Source: Trichinella spiralis (lineage: Eukaryota). From it: a DNA stretch of 64,000 bases. The notes below the pieces were generated by a model that saw only the letters and a program-made list of their open reading frames with translations, was not told the DNA's origin and did no database searches. Shown here in pieces: positions 29,001-41,900 of this stretch. Made by a program: the position numbers and the translations under genes. The stretch is from positions 8,473,472-8,537,471 of the forward strand of contig NW_003526943.1 in the NCBI RefSeq assembly GCF_000181795.1. Direction: 5' to 3'. Every line of letters starts with the position of its first letter. Position 1 is the stretch's first letter.

Positions 29001-32000
29001 CTACCATCAAGACAAGGTACTGTAAAACCATCACATTAGTAATAATAGAGTCAGATCGGAATAATGAATAGAAATACATTTGTTTGTTAACTGTGGGCAA
29101 CAGACGCCACCAAGACAAACATAATCAGGCATGCACTGTCCATGAGTGCATGTATGTGTGGGCGCACTTCCATCAGGGCATATACCTAAAACATTAATTC
29201 TGTATTCAATAGAATATTACATGATAGATATATGACGTACACAAATCTGCCAATTTCTTTAAATATTAGTAATAAATTCATAAAAGAATACAGAAATTTG
29301 CGATTAAAATAATTCACTAATAATATACGCTCATTCACACTAGCATTGCCATTATCCATTATTATATTACCATTATTCCATTATTATATTGCCATTATTA
29401 TATTACATAATTAAAAATAATGCTTCTATTTAATCTTAGTTAAACAATAAATAAATTTTTCTCATAAACGTAACAGATCATAAATTTGTATTTCAAACTG
29501 AAAAAATAGTTCTTAAAAAATTTATCAAATTTAGAATGAAAATATCATTTATGATTTAATCAGAAAATAACAAAATGTAAATTAATTAAACATAATGTAA
29601 TAGACTTCAGTTTTTTACCTATACTAATCGAACCACTGCCAGATCTTGGGCAACATATGTTCATTTCTGTTATACAGGAAAATCCATTTCCGCACAAGCC
29701 TCTCACACAAAAACCAGCTGCTTCAGACCCATCTGGGCAGATACCTTTATGCATCAAACACAAGTAAATATACGTGCTACATGTCCATATAAAACAAATG
29801 AAATTATTAAATTAAATAATTATTACTTTATTAAATTAGATATTAAAACCATGAAACTAAATGTTCATTCCATATTTCTGAATTTAATTCATGCTAATCA
29901 ATTTTATGAAACTGCTGAAAAGGCAGATATTATTGATAAATTCTTTTGTGAACTGTTTTTATCATTAAGATAGAACTAACCAGTATTGGAAGGAATGCGA
30001 CAGCAATAGCCAAGGCTACCAGGGCAGTAATAGCCGTTTGGGCATGTGCTATCCACAGTACAGCTAATTGAAGTTGCTGGTGAACCATCTGGGCAAAATC
30101 CTAAAATGGTTATTAGATTTCATTTCATTGTAAATTAATCATTATTTATCTGAAGTTTTGCTTTATTTTTAACGGTTAGCAGGGTAAGTTACATGCCTGA
30201 ATTCTAATTGAAATAATATTTATAAATTTATTTCAATTTTAAGTTCATAAAAGGGACTCTCTTGAATGAGTTCCAGTGGGGAGAAGTATGCTGCTGAGTA
30301 AACTTTGCAAACAATGAACTTAAAGCGTCAAGTAATATTGAGGAAAACATTATAATTTTTAAAACAAGCAGGATGTTCATTTAGACATGCAAAATAGTAT
30401 ATATAATTTTTGGAAGATAAAACTTATTAAAATTTATTTTCAGGAGATTTTTGCCAACTCACGAAAGTTAGCTGGCTGTGGCGGTGGTACAACCGGCAGC
30501 ACGCAGCAAGAGTTTAAATGAAGTGCGCAATAGCACTTCATAGGACATTGTGTATTACTTGTGCATTTCGTTGGGTAAGCCAAAGCGGCTGTACCATCAG
30601 GACAAGTCCCTTCAATGTACATGTGCACTTGAAAATCTCAGTAACACTCATGAACCTTTTGCAATCAACTTAAGTAAAAATATGTTTAAGAAATGTTTAC
30701 TTAATGATGATGCCATTTGGTTTGGCAAACTGCAGCAGGCTCTGGTAGAAATAGGACAATAATATCCCGCAGGGCACTGATTGCTAGTCATGCACCAACT
30801 TCCAGTCAAAGGTTTAGTATCATCAGGACATTGAGCTAAATAAAACTGCAGTCAGTGATTGCAAAGATATACCAAATCGTACCATAAAGTCCACTTCCTG
30901 GAGCTTGTTCAACTGGGCAACAAACACCTAGGGAAGTTATGCAAGTTGAACCTGCTGGGCACTGATAAGCTGAGTTGCACAATGTTATGATAGAATTCAG
31001 AGCAGCAGGACAAGCTGATTTAAATGAGAATAAATTCATGTAACCACGAAAAATTTATAAATTTTTTTAGCATACCAATGCTTAATGCATAAGTAAAAGA
31101 CCTTGGATTATTCATTGAAGTGCGAAGTCGACAACATAATCTTTTATTCTGCGCGCAATAATATCCTAGTGTGCATTCTTCATTTTTTGTGCAGCTCTTT
31201 ATGCCAACAGTGCCATCATCGCAAACATTTCCTGAATTTCTATTTTAGAGAATATTATTCATTAAAGAAAATCATACTTGATATTTCACAGCATAAATTG
31301 TTGATGCATTTCTGTCCAGTGGGGCACTGACCATTCAAGCAGTTTAATTTTGCTGTGCTACCATCTGGACAAGAAGCTGAAATCACAAAATTCATCATTA
31401 ATTACATAATTTTGTTTGCATTTTTGCACTCACTGTAGCTTGGTCTTAAATAATTTTGTGACATGGTACTAAATGGATTTAGGTTTGCATTGTTATACTC
31501 TGATGGAATTTTTCTCCCTGATCCAGACCCTTGCGCACTGGCACTGATGCTGTTAATACACATTTGACTAGGGCTATCAAACACCAAACCATCAGGGCAT
31601 TGCATTCGAACCCATTGTCCCATTTCATCACTAAAATCATTTTTCTTTTTAACAAGAAGAAATTAACTTCTATTTATAATTAATACTCCTTTTGTGTAGA
31701 TGAACACTGCAAATAATATTGGGGATATTTTAAATCTGGTTCCAGCCTGCTGAACGCCTCTAAGCAACACGGTCCACCTGGAATTGCTGGTTCAGTGACT
31801 GAAAAATGATGGATTAAAATAAATATGATTTAGAACTTTTTAGTCATTGAATTACCTTTGCATCGTCCTTCTGAAGGTCTAGCTACGTTTGCAAATGACA
31901 TTGCATATGGGGCACTGATTCTTTTTGCATTATAATTTGCTAGCATGTCATAATCAACATCAAAATCATTTTGCACACTGTCCAGATGGGTTAAGTTGGC

Positions 32001-33185
32001 CGCCATTTCCATGCAGTCTTTTATTGAACGACCTTTGCATTCGTATTTTTGCCATTTTCCATTTTTTTCAGACAGAGTCCCATTAATGCTTAAACAGAAT
32101 GCTAATAAAGTTTTCATGTTGAGCAAAGTTGAAATAACAATTTTTATTATGTAAAAATTAAAAAGTGACCGTATTATTTAACGCTTGAAATATTTTCACA
32201 TGATACGTATAATCTTAAAAACTATAGTTTAGTTCTACTGCAGATTATAAAAACTGAGCAAAAGCAAGTTACCTTAATTTTGGTTCACATTTTTCATAGT
32301 AACTATTACTTCCATTCACCTGTCGAACAGTATCTTCACCAAGCTTGCATATTTTATCTGTTTTATTCTCTGCGTAGATGATTGTAACTAAAAACAGTGC
32401 TTGCGTAATTTTCCAAATTTAAGTAAATTTGCATTCCTTAATTTATATTGCAATTATCATTCTCATTTATTACTAGCAATCTGTTTTTTCAAATCATAAA
32501 TCAAATTAATTTTTTTCACATGATTACTTAACTGTGAAAATGAAATAAGGGTAAACAATATTGAAATAAATCAAAATTTACATTTCAGTATCTGAGAAAA
32601 TTAGCATATTTTAAATAAAAATGTGCTCAGAATTCAGTTAAATAATTTTTTATTTTAGCTATCTTTATAATTTCAAATATTTTAAAATAGAATTCATGAA
32701 GTAATGATTTTTTGATATTACGTGGTACAATCACTTGCTATACTGTACAGTATACTTATAAGTTAATTGAAAATTACTGTCATTTATAAATTCGCTATAA
32801 GCATGCAACACAAACTTTATTGACTATAATTCATTACTTTCCTAATATTTTATACATCGTAATTTCAAATGTATCTCAAGTTTTATTCAGCTGATGTAAA
32901 AATTTTCCAATTATTCTAATTGCATACCATTTTGTGCAATAAGTGCATTGTGTGAACTTAAATAAAATGAAATAATTCAGTGTATTGAATATTTACAATT
33001 AAAATTAAAAATTACAATTAAAAAATGCTGGATTAAGTATTTTGAAATAGTTTGAATGACTGTTTCAAGAAGTGTAAAAGAAAAATTAAAAAATTTGAAT
33101 TTCATTAAAAATACTTACAAATTAAGGAAAATGAGAATAAATGCACAGTCCAGTAGTGAATTAGCATGATAAAAGAATTTTTCAT
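26018..33185 (-). CDS. Large secreted cysteine-rich protein: signal peptide, chitin-binding type-2-like domain, about 17 six-Cys CPDG repeats (CC/DC/WR1-module-like), C-terminal EB-like modules
   Basis: First exon MKNSFIMLIHYWTVHLFSFSLI is signal-like. YYLQC...WVRMQCPDGLVFDSPSQMC is CBM14-like. Repeats include GICPDGSEAAGFCVRGLCGNGFSCITEMNICCP and GLCPDGKQPAGACINGLCGAGFTCLAGANICC. C-terminal modules include PGSKCTNSEECNG..ASCHNQLCTCL and PGEPCSDNAECMLNCAASSC..ICVC. Stop at about 26018. Confidence 0.85.
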
Positions 33186-36100
33186 GCGATGGCACTGTAT
33201 GCTGGCAGGTTACAGGTAGGTTAATTTACTGACGAAGAAGCGCAACCCCAGCTGATATACAATAGTCAGACACTTGTAGCAGACTTATGAACAGGACAAC
33301 GAAAAGATAAGCGTCCGGTTGCATAAGAATTTAGATCACATTCATTTATTAGCTGACCAACTGGACAGACGGATTGATTGGCCAGGCATCACTTGAACGT
33401 TCCATTTTGAATCAGGTGATTCATAGGATTTAAGAAGGCTACGGTCAGAGCCTCAGTAGAGAAAGTCAGAGGCAAGTTGTTGAACTGGACGGACTCGACT
33501 GGCAATAGTAGAAAAGGTTAGGAATTGTGGGTCATAGCGTCATGGCTATCTGCGCGTCCTTCTCTTTCACTTCCCTGTAACTGCAGTTTTCAAGAGGCTA
33601 CTTGCTGGACAATGTTTGTCAAGCAAACGTGGTCAAATTGCTCGTACCTTTCTGATAGTTACAAATATACAAAAACGTATTTATCTTCCAGGTCTGCATA
33701 AACAAAATGTCAGGCTAGCTCTTGCACAACAGTCTGGTCACTGCGCATCCCGGCGCCTGGCTCCAATCACAGTTGGAATTTAGCCTTTCCAAAAATCCTG
33801 TTCAACTACTGTTTCACCCAAACAGATACTTTCATTTATACATGTCTTAAAGATAACTATTATACAGTTTGGAATTTAAACTGCTTCATGCTTATGTGAC
33901 TGGCGCCTGGCAGAAGCTGGCATAACAGTACCAAGAAGCATTACTGCATTTCATTTCTCTAGAGATCTTCATAAATGCTTCCGCACTGTCAGAAAGTTTA
34001 AAAAGTGAATAATCAAATTCTAATTTTATGCTCATAAGCAGAAAATACATAAATATGCATAAAATTCTTTTTTCATTTTTAACATAAATTATTGATGATA
34101 ATAATGATAGACTTTTTGTTTCATACAAGTAAAATTCAATAATTTAGAAGCTTTTTAAGAAACAAGGATTTTTAGCATATTTATGATGCTTCATTTAATT
34201 TAGCATATGATAAGCATTTTGCATAAAGTTAATTATCAGGCATTTATGATGGACAAAATGAATTTTACAAATAAATTCAAGTATTTATTATTTTTATGCT
34301 TTCATAAATGTTATCTTTACCATACAATATTACAAGTAAACAAAAAATATATCATAAAGAAATATTTAAAATAATATTCAATAATTTTTAAAAATTGAGA
34401 TTTTAATTTTACCAAAGCATTAAACTTGAAATGCTGTTTTTAATTAAAATTTCAAACTTTTAATTAGAAAATAAAACTTCGTTTAGTAAATATTTCTTTT
34501 AAAAAAGTAAAAATATGATATTTGTGAGTTTTCATATCAAACATTATTGATATTTATTTATGACAAAATCAGTATAAAAGTCACAGTTACAGTAGTTAAT
34601 TTATTTAGATAAAATTTTAAAATTGTCTTATACTTAATTAGCCATTAAAATTTACATTAAAATTTAATATTTTTTAATGGTATATTTCAGTATTTATTGG
34701 TATTTCAGTATTTTTTAATGGTATATTTTAATGGCATATTAAATGTATATTTCAGTTTATTTCTTTATTGTATAATGTAATATTTCAAATTCATGAATTA
34801 TTTCTTTATGATTTTTATGTTTGTTTAAATATTAAAATGAAATGTAATGCTCCAATATAAATTTAAAAATACTTCTAGTGCTTACTGATCTGTGTCAAAA
34901 TACTTTGTATGATTTGAGTTTTGGCATTAAAATATTAGTGTATTGAAATGTAATAATTTATTTAGAAGTTGGTGCAGTGAGATTAGTAAGAATGGTCATT
35001 ACAGCATGAAAGCGATACTTGAGATAATTTGAAGAGCATCTTAAAAGAATTAGCTTGCATTAAAATACAATGCAAAGGATCATTTATTGCGCATAAAACC
35101 TTTAAAAATGCATACGACTCTTTTACAAATGAAATTGAATTTTGTGAACTATTCATTAATGCAATCCCTTATGTGGGAAACCAAATTTGCGCAAAATCAA
35201 ATGATTATAGTGAAATGAATGGAATGCTTTATGAGAAAGAAGCTGATTACAAAATAAAAGAATCACATATATTATCCTAATACAATTTCACTATTATATT
35301 TTCCTTTTTTACATCTTCACAATTAGCGCATCTGACGTATTTGGAAAGCAGAATGTTTTAATTTATTGATTGAAAAATGGATAGAAAATGGTCTTTGTTC
35401 TAAAGCGCTTTGATTGTAAATTGCCTTTTAATGTTCACTTCTAATTGCGTTAGTTTAATCTAAATGTACACATCACTCAAATTTTGGCATGTAATTTAAA
35501 TTTGCATTATATTTTGAAAAAAAATTCAATTGGATGAATATTAAAATTTCACTGAATAAAAATATAAAAACAAAAAAAGCAAACTTTATTATTAGAAAAT
35601 ATGTCGACAGGTTAAAGAATTATAAAATACTTATTAAAAATTCTAGAAATCATCCATCAATTATTACTCTATATTGAAGTTGATTACTAAAAACCTCAGA
35701 TATTCTGTTCCCTTGAAAAAAGTATTATAAATCCTAGCAGTATTTTAAACAAATGCATGTACTTTTGCAGAGATATTAAGTTTTATTTTCTGTAATTTTG
35801 TAAGGAAGTTAAGTTTTTTTTTAAATGTATCGCTTTTGCAATTAATGCACCTTGAGTGCCATAAAAGAAATATAAGTAATAAATCAAATAAAAAAACATA
35901 ATTTTCTATATGCAAATTTTTTTAAATTTTCAAAAAATTATATATTTTTTTTTGAAATGGAATAGCAAATAACTTTCAGATTTGATTTCAGTCTAAGGTT
36001 AAAAAACTCACTCATAAATTGCAGTGCCCATTTAATTTGTAACCGTTTAATTAAGTATTTAAGCTATATTTTTACAATTATACTATGATAAGTAATTGAA

Positions 36101-37212
36101 AGCAATGCAACAGAAATTTATTTAAATTTAAATTTACGATATAAAAAGATTACAGTTTTGAATGGCATGTTTATATGTTAGTGCCATTTTGCTGATAAAA
36201 CAGAATCTAAAATGCTTGATTTTCTAATTTGATCTGAAATGAAAAAGATAGTATAATTAATTTCAACATTAAATCCAATCATGTACATCATAGATTGTCA
36301 GACTATAGTAGAATATATTATAATAAATGAAAAAAATAATGATGATATTTCATAGGCTAATCTATCATCATCTATGTAAGTTCTTAGTTGTTAGTTACAT
36401 CTCAAAATTTATTTTGCATATTAATAATTTATTATAAAATTATCTAATCACAATAAAAATATATGATCAAGTTAAAATATTTTCTTAAATTTAAATAGGG
36501 ATTATTTTTATTATAAAGGCTAAGAAAATTTTGAGTATAAAGCATCTATCCAGGAACTAAACAGGATGAAATGCAATGCAAGCAGAAAAAAACATAAGAC
36601 TTTTATATTTAATTTTAATAGGTATTGAGATTTTTGACAAAAGCGATCTATTTTGAGTTTCATTACCCATTGACATTAGCATTGTTAACAATGTTAAGCG
36701 GTGTCATTTCTCACGTAATTAAAAATGTAAGACAATATTGCAGCTAAAATTATGCATGCTGTGCCAAATTTTCAAAAAATATTAATAAAATTTAAAAACA
36801 AACGGTACCTGGAATTTAAAATTATATGCAAATTTAAATGTTATCAGAATTATACTTTTTGAGACAATGGAGATTATTTGTTATTATCTGTAATATTTAA
36901 AGCGTTAATTTTTTTAATATTTACTTTTGATAATTTCATTACAATGAATTACTTTTTGTGCATTTTATTCAATTTGTTTTTCATGTTATTACAAAAGAAA
37001 ATCAGTAACATTGATTTTATCTATCATATTAATGTATGCAGTAACATAAACTTCTGAAACGGAAAATTTATAATATTCAATAGTAAGATTGAACTGTTTA
37101 TCAATATAGATGCAAGGCAATTATTAGTGCAACCTCAGCTTTGCTGACTTTAATTTTCTATAACTCGCATTTGTATGAATGCTCAAATTGCATGTATATA
37201 TATATATATGTA

Positions 37213-37248
37213 TGTTTGAAATATATATATATATATATATTTCAAACA
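37213..37248. repeat. (AT)n microsatellite within a perfect palindrome (TGTTTGAAA-(TA)n-TTTCAAACA)
   Basis: Read directly from the sequence. Confidence 0.7.
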
Positions 37249-37665
37249 ATTACACATGAAGTCTTTTGGTAAATTATATTAAATTGCGTGCAAACCGTAA
37301 ACTGTGCTTACTACATCAAGAAATTTTAATTCACAATTTGCTCAATATTTACTATAAAGATTGGAGGCTTCAAATGAATTAGTGATTACATAAAAATGCG
37401 AACAGCATATTAATATTGTTCACATTATGCTTTACTTAGCAGCTGATCATTCAAAAAAGAAATAAAATAGAAGTCATTGAAAAAACAGTTGAACAAAATT
37501 TCACTTCACAATATTTTTGTTTAGGGCTACTAAAATGAATAACATTGTCAATGAATTACTACTTAGCTTTATTATATGCAAACAGATGATTCAATTCAAA
37601 CTGAAACATTCGGAAATTATGAGTTTTTATCATGTGCAACCAAAAAGCTCAGTAAATGTGAAGTT

Positions 37666-38953
37666 TTAGCCAAATCTGAGATATTCGTGTTTCCTTTTGC
37701 CAAATCTCAGATAATCATGCTTTCGTTTGCCAAAGCGAAGGTATTCGTGTTTTCTCTTGTTTATATTGAATGTAGTATCATTTAGGATTTCAGCAGGAAT
37801 GTCAAATATGATTCCTAAAAAAATTTGAGTGAAAAATAGACTTTGACTTTTTACAATGTTATAAACTGCAAAAATATTCAATAATACAAATTTTTAATTT
37901 AATTTTACAAAAATGCAATTGCTTTCAAAAAGTTTTAAATTTTAATGGGTATATGCCAAATTATAACCATTGCATTATTTCAGATGCCTTAAGCTATTTC
38001 AATGGATTAAAAAAGGCAAACTGAATTAGTGTTTTTATAGTGAAAAATCTTGATAAATATCTGAGCAAAAAATCTTTATCGTGGCAATCGCAGATTTTTT
38101 CATTTTATTGATTTTGCATTGATGGTATAGTTCTGATGAAAAATACTTTTTATATACCTTTTTTTATAAAAATTTAAAGTAAATGATTTCAAATTCAGAG
38201 AGTAAATTAATAATGGAAATTCAAAAAAAATTCAAATACTAAAATCTAATGGTTTTCATTTTAAAACTTAATATAGAATAAAGTTATCAGAAAGGTAGTC
38301 AGGTTTTTATTAAAATTAAAAATGAAAATGAAGCTTTATAATTTGAAATTAAAAAAGTGCATTTCTTCAATTTAAATAATAAATTAATTAAGATAAATTT
38401 TCTACCTCAGCAAGAAATTTACTTTCAAATGTATAAAATTGTGCGGCATATATCTTCAAATTTATTTCACAGTTTTATAATTAATAATAATGGAGCAATA
38501 TATAAATTTACTCGTAAAATGCTGACTTGCAATAATAAATATAAGCATATATTTCTTTTATGAAATTTATAAAAAGCTGAAAAATTGAAGCAAAAACTTT
38601 AAAATGCTCACTCTTATGCTCCCCTTTAAATATGTTAACCTTTCAACTTTATGACTACCTTGATTTAAAATTCCTGAAACGTTATATTTTAAACACTGTT
38701 TATTTACAAATGATAACTCAGTTTGCATACCTCGATCTGCAAGAGCTTGTGCTGTAGTTTCTTCCAACAATCTGACATAAGTCTGAAACTGAGTCATAAT
38801 TTGCATCATCCGACAAAGCTGAGCACTGCCACTGTCTTCTTTAAGTAATTGTTCTGATGAAAGCACTTGGCTGCACAACTTCTCCTCAGGTTCTAAGCAT
38901 AAACTGCCACAAATCACAGTTGCAAAAGTAACAATGTAGATGATGGATTGCAT
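37666..38953 (-). CDS. flp-14: FMRFamide-like neuropeptide precursor FLP-14 (AF2); exons 38953-38731 and 37814-37666
   Basis: Signal peptide [19 protein letters not shown], a pro-region with two Cys, then [30 protein letters not shown]. KHEYLRFamide is the established flp-14/AF2 peptide. The intron is GT-AG, phase 1. Confidence 0.95.
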
Positions 38954-41900
38954 CTTGTTCTTGTTTAGCCAATTCTTCGATGGATACCTGTGAATGAATG
39001 GAAAAGTACTGAATTTAAATCAAAGTATATTCATTCCTGAAAATAATGAATTACAAATTACAAAAAATGCATGAATAGCAACTAATTGAAAAACAATTAG
39101 AATGACACTGATTTGAATGAATATGAATTTAAAAGTATCGCCAAATATTCTTAGAACAATAACAAGTAATAGTTAAAGGCGATTTACATTTAGCTACAAC
39201 TGATCAGTTAACTTATTCCAAAAATGAATGAATGGTCGCACAGAAGGCTGTTTTTAAAAGGGCTTTAAAACGCAAAGATCTGAAAGCAATTTGCCCAATG
39301 TTTATGACAATTTAGACCAGTCGGCGTAACCGTTTACAGTTTCCGTGACTAGAATCCGATTAAAACAAGTAAAATAATAAGTAAGCAGCAAGCTCGTTCA
39401 GATAATGCGGAAGTGTCTGCAATGCGGACCTTTATAAGCCCCCTTCAATAACTAAGATTAATTAATTTGAAGCCAAATGATCTTGCACGCTATTGTGCAG
39501 TGAACTTGGAAATGAACTGGAGTGACGTTTAAAATGCAAGGGGGCGGAAATTCTTTTCAAGGAGCTCACCACCTATGAAATGCAAAACCAAGATTAACGT
39601 TCAACGTCGCCTACGAATAAAGCCAATGAGAAACCAGATCTGGCATAGAAAATTATTTCGCCTAATCAGAAACAAAGAACGATAAGTAAAACTTATATCT
39701 GCACTTTGCAGCTTAAAAAAACTACCATGTATGTGTTATACATTGTCATTGAATGCTTCATTGAATTTCTAGACTAAGTTGAGTTCAATGAGAACGGCTC
39801 AATTTCAATCTAGACAATAATGACACCTCAATTATTGAATGATTTTTTTCAGCAGTATTGTTTGAGATCAGAATTTATTTTTGATTTTTAAACCACAAAT
39901 GAACATCTTAAATGAGCAAAACATGAGCATGCTATTTGAAAAGGATTATTAATAATGAATACTGAATTTCCAAGAAATGGAATAAAAAAATTGACCTTTA
40001 GGAACAGTAATTATGCACATTTCTAGTGCCATCGGTCAATTACAAAATGATAATATAATATAATATAATAATAAGCATGCAAATTGTGTGCATATTGTAA
40101 GCCTGAATTTTCATAGATTCTAAATTTGTATTTTGCACATTTCAATGCAAAACTGAAAATGGATCTCTTCTTTACATTTCAACCCACCATTAATTAAGCC
40201 AGTGTGGACATCGTGCTGTTTGCTATGGTGATGCATTCATGATTTTTTTTGAAGCAAACCAAATTGTGTGATTCATCAAGTCATTGCAGGAACTCTGCTG
40301 GGAAGTTAATAAGGCAAACTGAATTTACTAAGAAAATGTTCATTAAAACAAAGCGTTTTCACGAAGTTACGCTTTATAGATCTTAAAATCATGCGTAACG
40401 TGAATTTTCGAAATTAGACTGACACGTAGAAAATTAACGATGCGATTTTTTCATCATATCAATTTAACAACGACGTTTTTCTACAGCGCATTATAAAAGC
40501 TATTTAATTAACATTCAAGTCGTGGAAAAGCAAAAAGGACGCTTTTAGACATTAATTTTTTTTGAAGTACAATCTGATATAATGCAGCTTATTTTATATT
40601 GGAAAACTTTGGTTAAAGATTAATTCATCATAATGAAAATTATCTTTCCACTGATAAAGATTCATTGAATAAAAAATAACCTTTTTGAAAAAATTACTTT
40701 TTTAATAATTTTCAATTATTTATTGAGCAATACATTTCAAAAAATATCATGATATAAATGAAGCTTTTCATTTTAAGTGCTGTTTATAGCGCAGCTATTA
40801 AAATGTATCAATAAATAAAAGCAAATAAATGTTGAAATATGTAAAACAACCTCAACCACATTGTATGTATCATCTCTACCTTATTGTACATTCAATTCCT
40901 TCAGTTAATGTTTTTAAATTTTTAATTTATAATGTTTTTTATTAATTTATCCTTTCAAAACTTACTTCATTTGCCTGTATGGCCAGGTCAATATATCTTT
41001 TGGCAGCGAAATAATCTTTTGTATATCATCTTTACTAACCGAACTGACTTGAATCAGTTTCAGACATACGTGAAGCACTGCTTGAGCATTAAATAATACA
41101 TACTAAATTCTGTATGGCTGAAATAAACTTATTCATTCATTACAATATATTATGAATCTATCATAATGAATTTATTAATGAATAATTAGGATTATAATTT
41201 ATTGTGATTAATCATTTTATAATGCGTATGTTTATGCATTACACAAAAATTTGCGCAGTATTTCAAAGTGCCAATATTAAAATACACTGATAATAAAATA
41301 AAAATAGATATACTTTAAATGCAAAAATATTTATGATTTACATAATTTTTTGCTTTAAAGTCATTTTTGAAATCAGCGTTAATAAATATGTTAAAGCTGG
41401 GCTTGTAAGTGATATAAATAATTGGTGTTCATGAATATCAGTATATTTACAGCTTCATAAGTTGCAATGTTGCTAATGTCAGTTATGGTGAAAGAAATGA
41501 AGCATTTTTATTGCTCATTGAATTTTATTTATAATTAAATAATTTATATGTAATTTTTGATGTTTATCAGATGTATTTGCTGTACAAATTTTATTAAATA
41601 AATTCTATAATCTTAATTGCCAAAAGAAACATATAATATTTAGGAAAATCAGGGGATAAATTATTTAATAAGTATTTTTTAGCTTATTTTGCTTTACATT
41701 TTTAATTACAAAGGCATAATTTTAATGAAAATAAATTGCAAGATTTTGGTTGCTCTTTTTATAAGATTAGTACATACAATAAGAATATCAGACCAAATTA
41801 CAGGCATTGATAAATCAGCGCAGTTATTTTCTTATGGTAGCTGTTAATTTTCAGAAATTATTTAATTATGCAATTTTTGCAGATACTTCGAAAGTTGTTA

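Noticed and set aside
34668..34756. Degenerate TTTTAATGGTATATTT repeats (similar low-complexity ATTATT/CCATT repeats at about 29345-29405)
   Set aside because: Short slippage-type low-complexity repeats with no sign of function or mobility.
37666..37760. Short spaced direct repeats that might suggest a CRISPR-like or tandem array
   Set aside because: They are the three peptide-coding repeats of flp-14 in a eukaryotic gene.
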